DNA of 64,000 bases, from the IMG/VR virus record IMGVR_UViG_3300042516_003420; one strand, 5' to 3'. This document shows positions 16,052 through 23,764 of the stretch, piece by piece. This stretch comes from an uncultured virus (IMG/VR IMGVR_UViG_3300042516_003420). Taxonomy: Duplodnaviria; Heunggongvirae; Uroviricota; Caudoviricetes. Made by a program: the position numbers and the translations under genes. Within the stretch, counting starts at the first letter, position 1, and the number at the start of each line of letters is the position of its first letter. The notes beneath the pieces are model-generated. The model searched no databases, was not told where the DNA came from, and was given only the letters and a program-made list of their open reading frames with translations.

Positions 16052-17761
16052 TCAGGCAGATTGTAGCTGCTTCTCCCGCTTCTGCAAGACCTCACGGAAA
16101 GCTTCCGTGTAGGCTTCCTTTTGCTCGTCCGTCAGTCGCTTGTTGGCTACGCCAGCAATCTGCTTAACAGACATCAGACCATGATCCACAACCAATTGAA
16201 TTGTGAATGTGGGATTACCATCAATCATGCAGAGCACAATGAAGTGTTTACGTTTCTTGATGTCTTCTGCATAATGAGATGCAGAACCCACGCAGTTGCG
16301 TACAGCCTGGCCCCACATGGCTAGTTGATGTGTGTCAACAGGCTGGAAGAATGACCAGGTTTCATCTTGACGGGTAACCCTAATAGGTTCAGGGAATAAA
16401 TCCTGACGTAAAGATTCCTTAGGATTCTGAATCTTCCAGGATTCTGCCTGGATGTAATCATGGAACTCGGTGATGCGCCACCGCTTGGGAGGCTCAAGAG
16501 TTTTACCATCTTCCAGGATGTTAATGATCATAGAGAATGTGTCATTCAGTTCATAAAAGTTTTGGCGTGCATAACCAACCTCACTGTCAATCCAACGCTC
16601 AAGATCTTGTTGTTCCAGATGCTTACGCAACATGGTAAACATTGATGCAACTGGCATATGCTCACATATCCAAACAAGAAGAGCGCCGTTGGTACGAATG
16701 CGGGCAAGGCGAATGTACTTGAGTTCTTTCATATAGGTTTGATAGTAATCAACAGGACAATCACCCCAGATCATTTGAATCCAATAAATTGAATTGCAGA
16801 TCTGTACAAATGTATTGAAGGCTTGCTTAATTGGATCACGCCGTTTGTTATCTGGATCTGTGTAATGTTCAGTAGCTTTATCTAGTTCAGCTTGCAATAC
16901 TTTTCGAATAGCAGGTTTAGTAATGATGTGTTTAATTGATGAGATGCTTGTATATATTGTTGAGGAGTAATGTGATTCATAGTTAAATTTATCTGCGGCA
17001 TTGACAATATTATCTACAGTTAAACCTTGGCTAACATCAAGATGCCTCTTGATTGAATCAGGAATATCTGCTGCATCAAATACATTCTTACAACGTATAC
17101 GATCAAATATTCCACGGGAATCTTCCCACAATGGAATGTTTTCACGCAGGCTTTCTTCAAGCTTAAGCGCTGCATTCTGGTTGATATCGTATCCCTTCTG
17201 ACAATAAAGATTCCCAGCTTTCCAGTGATAGCTACCCCAAGCATTGTTGTTGCTAGCTTCAATCTGTTCTTTGGTTACATTCTCCATGTAGGTGAATGTT
17301 TCACAGCCTCGGCCAATCTGGTGAGCAACACATTTATCCTTGCTTGTCCAGATGTAATGCGGTGCAGTCTTGGCAGCAGCAGCTGTATTCTTGAATGCAT
17401 AGCCATAGCCATACACATACTGATCAGCTTCCTGCTTGGGAGGCAGCCATGCTGCATACCACACCTGTTCGTAGTGATACAGGATGGCAATGACTTTGAG
17501 TCTGGCCTGTGGGGTTGCTACGTCCACAGGCGTAGTAAATACTTTGTACCGATCTGGTGCTGATTGCTGGTTGATGTGATCAATCGCAGCTTGCTGATCT
17601 GATTCACGCACCACGTTATGTGGAATGAGATGCGGAATGTTGCCCAGTGGGTACTTCGATTTCTTGGTTGTAGCTTTCTTGGTTTGCTTTGCCAACACCT
17701 TCAGTGTTGGGTCATAAGCCAAGAGTTCAGTTTGAAGGTTGGATGGAAGTTGGAATTGCAT
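16052..17761 (-). CDS. PcfJ-like domain protein
   Basis: C-terminal EFHD...P.....L..WG.AVRNCVGS..Y......I...QI.G..N pattern. Confidence 0.75.
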   Translation of the reverse strand: MQFQLPSNLQTELLAYDPTLKVLAKQTKKATTKKSKYPLGNIPHLIPHNVVRESDQQAAIDHINQQSAPDRYKVFTTPVDVATPQARLKVIAILYHYEQVWYAAWLPPKQEADQYVYGYGYAFKNTAAAAKTAPHYIWTSKDKCVAHQIGRGCETFTYMENVTKEQIEASNNNAWGSYHWKAGNLYCQKGYDINQNAALKLEESLRENIPLWEDSRGIFDRIRCKNVFDAADIPDSIKRHLDVSQGLTVDNIVNAADKFNYESHYSSTIYTSISSIKHIITKPAIRKVLQAELDKATEHYTDPDNKRRDPIKQAFNTFVQICNSIYWIQMIWGDCPVDYYQTYMKELKYIRLARIRTNGALLVWICEHMPVASMFTMLRKHLEQQDLERWIDSEVGYARQNFYELNDTFSMIINILEDGKTLEPPKRWRITEFHDYIQAESWKIQNPKESLRQDLFPEPIRVTRQDETWSFFQPVDTHQLAMWGQAVRNCVGSASHYAEDIKKRKHFIVLCMIDGNPTFTIQLVVDHGLMSVKQIAGVANKRLTDEQKEAYTEAFREVLQKREKQLQSA

Positions 17762-17789
17762 GATGAGTTCGGAGTAGGTTCGGAGTTGG

Positions 17790-17817
17790 TGAGCAGTTTA
17801 ACGTCATACTCAGGACG
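17790..17817 (-). promoter_or_regulatory. H-type pseudoknot motif, copy 5
   Basis: CGTC-C-TGAGTA-T-GACG-TTAAAC-TGCTCA. Confidence 0.85.
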
Positions 17818-17911
17818 CATGATTATTTCATAAATCCAGTGGCAAGATAAACCCTGCCCCTGGGACCACGCAGTACAAAGTACCAGCGTTTGAATTCAAT
17901 TGAGAAACCAA

Positions 17912-18172
17912 TCATTGATCTAGATGCCAATCGGATGTGTCGATGAGTTGCCACTCAAGATTGAGTGAATCAAGATAGCTACAGAAGCCATCTTCGTCAG
18001 TAGGGATCTGTTCTCCTTCATCCAGTTCGAAAGAAGCTGTGCACAATGCAGGAGCCCATTCCTCAGGGTCGAGATGAGTTGCTCTGTAGAGCAAACGCAT
18101 TTCGTCCACAACTGCTGTAACAGTGACATCATATCCATCAATGGTGGTGTTTTCGATTGCAAGTACAGTCAT
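17912..18172 (-). CDS. Hypothetical protein
   Basis: 86 aa ORF (DPEEWAPALC). Confidence 0.7.
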   Translation of the reverse strand: MTVLAIENTTIDGYDVTVTAVVDEMRLLYRATHLDPEEWAPALCTASFELDEGEQIPTDEDGFCSYLDSLNLEWQLIDTSDWHLDQ

Positions 18173-18357
18173 TAGTTTTCCTCAATGAACTGACATTCTT
18201 TGGTGATGTAACACCGATACTTAGTCCATGTGCGTGCCGTGAGGTACTCACCATGGAATCGATCAGTGTCATACAGATTCATCTCAGCCCTGCGCACAGC
18301 GCAGTTGGCGATATGAATGCGATCAAACAATGTGAGGCAATCAGTTGCAGTTGACAT
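18172..18357 (-). CDS. Hypothetical protein
   Basis: 61 aa ORF, TAATG-coupled. Confidence 0.6.
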   Translation of the reverse strand: MSTATDCLTLFDRIHIANCAVRRAEMNLYDTDRFHGEYLTARTWTKYRCYITKECQFIEEN

Positions 18358-18365
18358 GATCTGAA

Positions 18366-18569
18366 TTAGAAATCAAAGAGTTTGATGTTGCGCTTGGACA
18401 AGCCGGTGCCTGGGATTGAAATAGATCCCAACACACCAGACTTACGGGCGTTCAGCGTCAGCTGAAACGGTCCAAGCTGAAAGGATTTGGTGTAGGACTT
18501 AATGCCATGTTCAGTGACATTAAGTCCATGGATAGTGCGATCAAAATTTAATGGAGATTTGTCGGTCAT
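18366..18569 (-). CDS. DUF4236-like small protein
   Basis: LGPFQLTLN..KSG...SISIPGTGLS. Confidence 0.6.
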   Translation of the reverse strand: MTDKSPLNFDRTIHGLNVTEHGIKSYTKSFQLGPFQLTLNARKSGVLGSISIPGTGLSKRNIKLFDF

Positions 18570-18876
18570 CTTTGAGTTTGGAAATGAATTGTTGGAGTTC
18601 ATCTTCAGTACCAGTAATTGATACTGTCAATGTTGTTTGCTTCGGCTTAGACCTACGCTTATTGCGTAGATCCCGCACAGAAGATTCACGTTGGAACTTG
18701 GTGCCACATACTGAATTAGATTTGAATAATGCACAGCATTCTTCTAATTCAATATCTGCACCCCACTGTGCAGCTTCAATGAGAAGTTTACTGAAACTCT
18801 TACCATACTTCTGGTACTGTTGACGCCAAGCGTCAAGTAAGTAATCTGTTGGAACAACAGGATGTTCTTGTGTCAT
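18541..18876 (-). CDS. Hypothetical protein, paralog of 5170-5541
   Basis: MTQEHPVVP...EAAQWGADIELEECC. Confidence 0.7.
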   Translation of the reverse strand: MTQEHPVVPTDYLLDAWRQQYQKYGKSFSKLLIEAAQWGADIELEECCALFKSNSVCGTKFQRESSVRDLRNKRRSKPKQTTLTVSITGTEDELQQFISKLKDDRQISIKF

Positions 18877-18957
18877 TTGAGGTGAGTTGAGTTAGGACTT
18901 GAAGTCTACCAGCGATGTCAAGTCACCGGTAGAATTACAGATTCCCTTAATGTTTCG

Positions 18958-19248
18958 TTAGCTCCAGGCTTCGCGCTTCTCTTTGCGAGCTGCCTCGTGC
19001 ATCTCTGCCATGGTCAGCGGAGGTTCGCCAACTTCATCGATGTCATAATCAACATCAAGTTCATTCACAAGCATTGGAATGATCTCTTCCTCAAGTAATG
19101 CAGTCATACTTGGAGTAAGGTGTTGATCCATCTGATGACGTTTAGCTTCACGAGCCATGACATCTTGAAGGATGGTTAATGCTTGTTGTACGTACACGTA
19201 CTCATTCTGTTTCCAGTTAATGGATGGGTATTGAGTTGGAGTGTTCAT
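18958..19248 (-). CDS. Hypothetical protein
   Basis: Start MNTPTQ; C-terminal GEPPLTMAEMH. Confidence 0.65.
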   Translation of the reverse strand: MNTPTQYPSINWKQNEYVYVQQALTILQDVMAREAKRHQMDQHLTPSMTALLEEEIIPMLVNELDVDYDIDEVGEPPLTMAEMHEAARKEKREAWS

Positions 19249-19381
19249 TGTGATGAGAGGGTAGGTAGATGGAAGGTTATCTACTAATAAAAGGATTATT
19301 CCCTGGTACTCCCCTGCGGGGGTCTGGGGGGAATGCTTGGTATCTATCCAAGAGATTCCTCCTTCGGGATATAAGTAAAAC

Positions 19382-19633
19382 TTATGTGACGATAGGATCT
19401 TTGATGATCCAGGCGGTGTAATACTTGTTGGTTCGATCAACTGAAATAAGGTTGTATTCCTCCAGCTTGGCCAGTGCTTTAAGGTAGTCTGGCAATCTGG
19501 AAGTTTGTGTACCTACCCTTGGCACGAAGCATGGGTTATTGCCATGCCTCTTCTTGTGTGCCAAGTAGTAGGTGTATAGGTTGCGTTGATTGATTGTCAA
19601 CGAAGGCATACCGTTCTTGATTTGAGTAGACAT
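19382..19633 (-). CDS. Putative winged-helix DNA-binding protein
   Basis: LTINQRNLY...YLKALAKLEEYNLISVDR. Confidence 0.55.
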   Translation of the reverse strand: MSTQIKNGMPSLTINQRNLYTYYLAHKKRHGNNPCFVPRVGTQTSRLPDYLKALAKLEEYNLISVDRTNKYYTAWIIKDPIVT

Positions 19634-19989
19634 TAGATCAAGCCGAGAATCCTAAGCCAGCTGTCGGGGTGGTCTGGTTCAACTTCATCTTCTCCTGGTG
19701 TGAAGCAGGTGCTGTCGAACGTCCACTCTTCGATCTCTTCGTTGGTTGGGATGTCGTACCAACCTGTGAGTTCGTCCTTCTCTTCGGCTGTGTAGTTGTC
19801 TCCGGTTGGGATCCAGAAGCAACGCAGCACACCTCGCTTGTTCCTGTAGACGTTACCGGTGCAGACGATGGCGCCTTTGGGTGCGTCTTGGAAGTCTGGA
19901 TACGCTTGGTACTGCTGCTCTCCTTCTTCTGAACTGAGGGGTTCATAGCCGAAGGCTGAGGCGATTTCTTGAGTGACGGGGTGAAGCAT
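19633..19989 (-). CDS. Hypothetical cyanophage protein
   Basis: 118 aa ending EVEPDHPDSWLRILGLI; TAATG-coupled to the next gene. Confidence 0.7.
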   Translation of the reverse strand: MLHPVTQEIASAFGYEPLSSEEGEQQYQAYPDFQDAPKGAIVCTGNVYRNKRGVLRCFWIPTGDNYTAEEKDELTGWYDIPTNEEIEEWTFDSTCFTPGEDEVEPDHPDSWLRILGLI

Positions 19990-20055
19990 GAGATTAGTTC
20001 TGTGATGAGGATTGAGATGAGTGTGATGATGACAATGATGATGTCATCTTGATTG

Positions 20056-20193
20056 TTAGGTTTGGTCATCGTAAGGTTCCTGTTCGGTTGGGTTGAGTTC
20101 GTATTCTTCACGCATAGCTTGCTCCTGCTTATAGGCAATGTCTGCCATGGCATCAAGCAAGTCAGCGTTGTAGTTGGGGTCCAGTTGAGTCAT
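20056..20193 (-). CDS. Small acidic protein (45 aa, not in ORF track)
   Basis: MTQLDPNYNADLLDAMADIAYKQEQAMREEY...; follows pseudoknot copy 6. Confidence 0.6.
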   Translation of the reverse strand: MTQLDPNYNADLLDAMADIAYKQEQAMREEYELNPTEQEPYDDQT

Positions 20194-20213
20194 GGTTTGA
20201 ATTGATAAAAAGC

Positions 20214-20241
20214 TGAGCAGTTTAACGTCATACTCAGGACG
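20214..20241 (-). promoter_or_regulatory. H-type pseudoknot motif, copy 6
   Basis: Identical to copy 5. Confidence 0.85.
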
Positions 20242-20286
20242 GGGGTGAAGTCACCCCATTATGGAGTGGTAGATGATATGTATGTA

Positions 20287-20739
20287 CTACTTCACATCTT
20301 TCCAAGCAATGCCACGGGCGATGTTGGAGATAGCGCAACCGCTTACACCAAACTTCCTACCAATGAGATTGTAGAAATTGGTAATTGAACCACAAGATTT
20401 ACGGAGAGATTCATCAGATAAGATCATCCGAATCTCTTTGACCTTGTGGACATTAAGCTTGGACGGTCCATCCCATGAGCGGAAGTTACGCTTGGGATGA
20501 CGCTTGGTTGCGTCCTGTAGAGTTCCCTGCTCATACCTGGTCTCTATAACAGCCTTTACCTGTGGTGCTGGCTGTTGGAGTGGGGGCATGGGGGTCGAGC
20601 TACCAATGGAATCTCTAATGGGGAAACCAAGGGTTACGCTGGTGCCGTCCTTGATCACCGATACGGTGACCTTGCCATCCCTGGTAATCACAGAGACGTG
20701 ATCGGGGTGATGGACATCCAGTTGGCTGAGAGCTTCCAT
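20287..20739 (-). CDS. Protein with C-terminal HTH
   Basis: SKLN...VKEIR...IGRKFGVSGCAISNIARGIAWK. Confidence 0.7.
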   Translation of the reverse strand: MEALSQLDVHHPDHVSVITRDGKVTVSVIKDGTSVTLGFPIRDSIGSSTPMPPLQQPAPQVKAVIETRYEQGTLQDATKRHPKRNFRSWDGPSKLNVHKVKEIRMILSDESLRKSCGSITNFYNLIGRKFGVSGCAISNIARGIAWKDVK

Positions 20740-20823
20740 GAGTTGGAATGGAGTGCAGGTAGAGGATAGCTGGTACGTACAAAAATGCAAGTACCAGCTT
20801 TGGTGTCAGAGTTCCTAGGGACA

Positions 20824-21045
20824 CTAGGGGTGGGGTACGAAGTCAGAGTCGTGGATGAGTTGATGGACTGACAGGCAGTCCTCCATGATCTCATCTTTGG
20901 AGCTGCCCTCCCAGTCATCAGTCTGTTCTTCGATCACCTCGCAGCCAAGGTCTTCGAGTTGATCAACGAATTGATTCCAGGTACGTGCTTCGCTCCAGAT
21001 GTGGGCATAACGCCCAGTGCGATCAGCGACTAATGCGATGCGCAT
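20824..21045 (-). CDS. Hypothetical protein
   Basis: Start MRIALVAD. Confidence 0.6.
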   Translation of the reverse strand: MRIALVADRTGRYAHIWSEARTWNQFVDQLEDLGCEVIEEQTDDWEGSSKDEIMEDCLSVHQLIHDSDFVPHP

Positions 21046-21235
21046 CTTGGTTACTCCAAGTTTGTGGATTCGTGATGTCAACGCCAACCATTGCACCAGC
21101 TGTGAGTGCTGCAATAACAACTACAACAGTTGCCATAAAGAAGTTGGCGACACGATCACTGACTGTGACGTTGTGTTCTGGGTAGGAGTCAAGTTCTATA
21201 AACTTGTTGTTACCCAAGGGATAAGTACGTTTCAC
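21023..21235 (-). CDS. Small membrane protein
   Basis: GTG start; hydrophobic FFMATVVVVIAALTAGAMVGV. Confidence 0.55.
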   Translation of the reverse strand: MKRTYPLGNNKFIELDSYPEHNVTVSDRVANFFMATVVVVIAALTAGAMVGVDITNPQTWSNQDAHRISR

Positions 21236-21255
21236 GGTAGTTGAGATGTTGGATA

Positions 21256-21330
21256 GCAGGATGTTGAGTCCTGCAGAAAACCCACCATCGATACGAATTC
21301 GTATCAAAGGAAGGGTTAAGTGCAGAAGTC
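21256..21330 (-). promoter_or_regulatory. Intergenic long hairpin, family B copy 1
   Basis: TTCTGCA...TGCAGGA-CTCAACA-TCCTGC; shared with 21791-21855. Confidence 0.6.
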
Positions 21331-21338
21331 GGATGAAC

Positions 21339-21767
21339 TCAGAACTCAATAGGTTCCAGGGTAGGTTGTGCACCTGCTGCCTGTAGCTCTTGCTTGGGTG
21401 CAGGCTTACGACCAAACTCGTAATCCTTCACGATCAGCTGGATCTCAGGCCGCTTGAGTACCTGGAGATTGTTCTGTTCATCCATGTAGGTTGTACGAAT
21501 ACCATTGATCCGTCCATAGACACGAAGCTCTTGACCAACGACAAGATTGCCATTGGTAAAAGCTGTGTTGAGTCCGTTGTTATTCGTAAACGTGAGTGTG
21601 ACGCTGACCATGGAGTTCAAGTTGTGAATCATCTTCACAGCAATGAACTCACTGTTGTCTTCCTCGTTGACGAACTGCTTGATGAAAGCAATCCGTCCTT
21701 GGAATTGAACGTGTGATGAGTCAGCGTACTGCTTGAGACCGTTGGTGTCAGAGACAGGAGTAGTCAT
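21339..21767 (-). CDS. OB-fold (SSB-like) protein
   Basis: VQFQGRIA...GNLVVGQELRVYGRI; acidic end EPIEF. Confidence 0.55.
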   Translation of the reverse strand: MTTPVSDTNGLKQYADSSHVQFQGRIAFIKQFVNEEDNSEFIAVKMIHNLNSMVSVTLTFTNNNGLNTAFTNGNLVVGQELRVYGRINGIRTTYMDEQNNLQVLKRPEIQLIVKDYEFGRKPAPKQELQAAGAQPTLEPIEF

Positions 21768-21790
21768 TGAATTGAATTGAGTTGAATGTG

Positions 21791-21855
21791 TACAGGATGA
21801 TGAGTCCTGCAGTAACCCATCACTGGTAAATCAATGATGGGAAAGTGCAGAAATC
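21791..21855 (-). promoter_or_regulatory. Intergenic long hairpin, family B copy 2
   Basis: TTCTGCA...TGCAGGA-CTCATCA-TCCTGTA. Confidence 0.6.
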
Positions 21856-22039
21856 AATCACACATCAACTCTTGCTCCCACATCTGCTGCATCTCATGTT
21901 CGAGTTGAGCAGTGTGTTTCGCGATGGTGATGTACTTGTAGGCCTCACGTCGGTAATGACATTCCCGCATGAGTTCCTTCTGCATGCCTGGGTTGTTGGT
22001 ACAGATGTACCAGAGGTCTAGATTCTTGAATTGAATCAT
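21854..22039 (-). CDS. Hypothetical protein
   Basis: 61 aa ORF. Confidence 0.55.
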   Translation of the reverse strand: MIQFKNLDLWYICTNNPGMQKELMRECHYRREAYKYITIAKHTAQLEHEMQQMWEQELMCD

Positions 22040-22248
22040 TGTCCTGAAGTGAAGTGAGCTTTGTTGATGCAGTAGTACTGATCACCAAGGAAACCTTGGA
22101 CGTAGATCAGATTGTGATGGGGATGCTTGTGGCAGGTGGATTGGTAGTGCTTGTTCAGCATCTTCTGCCCTGCAACGGACAGAAGCATACCAATCCCTGT
22201 ACCCATCACGATTGCAAGTGTTGCATCAAACATGTAATGCTTGGTCAT
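22036..22248 (-). CDS. Small membrane-anchored protein
   Basis: Start MTKHYM; TM segment followed by a Cys pair. Confidence 0.6.
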   Translation of the reverse strand: MTKHYMFDATLAIVMGTGIGMLLSVAGQKMLNKHYQSTCHKHPHHNLIYVQGFLGDQYYCINKAHFTSGQ

Positions 22249-22267
22249 GACAGTTGAGCTGTGATAA

Positions 22268-22336
22268 GCCACCTGTGTTGGTGGCAATAGCTGGACCAGG
22301 GTTTGCACCTGGTCACCCGCTTGTACGGATCAGCTG
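22268..22336 (-). ncRNA. tRNA-elbow-like three-way junction element, copy 1
   Basis: AGCTG/CAGCT, CCG-TACAAG-CGG, GACCAGG-TGCAAAC-CCTGGTC, then ATT-GCCACC..GGTGGC. Confidence 0.7.
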
Positions 22337-22482
22337 TGAACCCGTTCCTCACTAATAAGGAAGCGTTCACCTTCCTCTGGTTCCTGGGCTTGTACGTATT
22401 TGTCAGCCGCTTGATGGCTAGCAAACACACCCATGAAGTGATCCTGGTACAGATCACAGAGGATAACAACGTAAACCGACAT
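22330..22482 (-). CDS. Small protein (50 aa, not in ORF track)
   Basis: AGGAG SD, then MSVYVVILCDLYQDHFMGVFASHQAADKY... Confidence 0.65.
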   Translation of the reverse strand: MSVYVVILCDLYQDHFMGVFASHQAADKYVQAQEPEEGERFLISEERVHS

Positions 22483-22563
22483 GGTTTACTCCTGTTGTGC
22501 GGTGCCCATCTCCGCTGAGGGCTAGGAGTTGTTTGGCAGGCTCGAGGCCTGTTGAGGGAACAA

Positions 22564-22719
22564 TCACCGTTTGATAGGTGGCATCTTTGGCATGATTGCA
22601 TTGGCGAGACCAACGCGTACAGCAAAGATTGTCTTACCAATGTTCTCCTTGCTCTTGTCATTCTCCAACACCTTGGCGGCGTTGATGAACTGTTTAGCAA
22701 CGGATGTACGGATGCCCAT
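22564..22719 (-). CDS. Small basic protein
   Basis: Start MGIRTSVAKQF. Confidence 0.55.
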   Translation of the reverse strand: MGIRTSVAKQFINAAKVLENDKSKENIGKTIFAVRVGLANAIMPKMPPIKR

Positions 22720-22740
22720 TGTGTTGACATGTGATGCGGT

Positions 22741-22810
22741 GCCTATCTCCGCTGGAGGCAATAACTGGAGGAAGGTTTGCACTTCCTCTCCCGCTTATAC
22801 GGATCAGTTG
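22741..22810 (-). ncRNA. tRNA-elbow-like three-way junction element, copy 2
   Basis: AACTG/CAGTT, CCG-TATAAG-CGG, GAGGAAG-TGCAAAC-CTTCCTC, then ATT-GCCT..AGGC. Confidence 0.7.
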
Positions 22811-23010
22811 GTTGAGTAGCCATTGTCTGCGCACCATTCCATGTGGATGTCATGGGCGTTTGCAGGCCAATCATGAGTAGCACATTGATGTGCTGTTGCT
22901 TGCTTTAGGTTGTGTAACGTCAACCAAGGTTGAGTAACAACAAAGTTGATAGCAATGATTGCAATCAGTCCTGTAATGAATGCGCAAGCTTTGATGTTGA
23001 GGTTGTCCAT
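22804..23010 (-). CDS. Small membrane-anchored protein, first gene of the early arm
   Basis: N-terminal TM; QC..HDWP...H..WC..NGY. Confidence 0.7.
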   Translation of the reverse strand: MDNLNIKACAFITGLIAIIAINFVVTQPWLTLHNLKQATAHQCATHDWPANAHDIHMEWCADNGYSTN

Positions 23011-23398
23011 GGAAATGAATTGAATAATTGATTCGTGAGAATCAAGGCTGTTTAGTGTAACTCCTGGTAACTGTGAAAGTTAACCGCTGAGTAACTCTTC
23101 TATACCGCAGCTCCTCGGGGGAGGGGCGAAACCTAATTTCAGGCGCGATATGAATTCGTATCACCGTGAAATTTAGGTGTGGAATGTGCGCGTATCATGA
23201 CATTTCGGTGTAAACAAAATGAATGCACCCCGCAATTCTTTTTTTTCTACCTGTATTCCTCGTCGCGTAGGGGGTGGGAGAAGAGTCAGGTAATTTTGCA
23301 CCCTATTGGGCCTGTATAGGAGGCCCCCTTCGCACAAAAACAAGGGTTTATTTTTAGTTTTTGTAATTATTTTCCCTAATTAGCCCAAAAAATTGGAC

Positions 23399-23425
23399 AA
23401 AAAAGCCGGGGTATTTAGCCCCGGC
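23399..23425 (-). terminator. Rho-independent terminator
   Basis: GCCGGGG-CTAAATA-CCCCGGC-TTTTTT after gene 23448-23663. Confidence 0.85.
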
Positions 23426-23447
23426 GTGTGCGTTGATCAGGTTTAAG

Positions 23448-23663
23448 TCAGAATCCTTCTTTTTGCCGCTTGTATGTCAGTGTTGCACGCGCTGCTTTTT
23501 GAAATGCGTTCTCATCTGGAAGCTCATATGCCAAAGTCTCCCTTGCATCCCTAACAAAACTACTGACCTCAAAGGAATCAGCACCTTTGGAAGCCATTTC
23601 CATTGCTTTATTTTTAATCGCCTCTAGTCCTTCGACTCTTTTTTGGCGGATTCCAGCATCCAT
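23448..23663 (-). CDS. Hypothetical protein
   Basis: 71 aa ORF with its own terminator. Confidence 0.7.
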   Translation of the reverse strand: MDAGIRQKRVEGLEAIKNKAMEMASKGADSFEVSSFVRDARETLAYELPDENAFQKAARATLTYKRQKEGF

Positions 23664-23764
23664 GTGGAACTAAAACCTGATCATCTATAAATATACAACC
23701 AGTAACCCTTAGGTTAGAACGGAATAGAATGTGAACAGACAAAAATATCAAGTTATAAATTTCA

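Noticed and set aside
4508..20241. CRISPR array from the ~28-nt repeats
   Set aside because: Copies are dispersed over 16 kb with no regular spacers, and no cas genes are present.
22245..22730. 161-aa minus-strand ORF in the ORF track
   Set aside because: It crosses two better-supported small ORFs and a structured RNA element.
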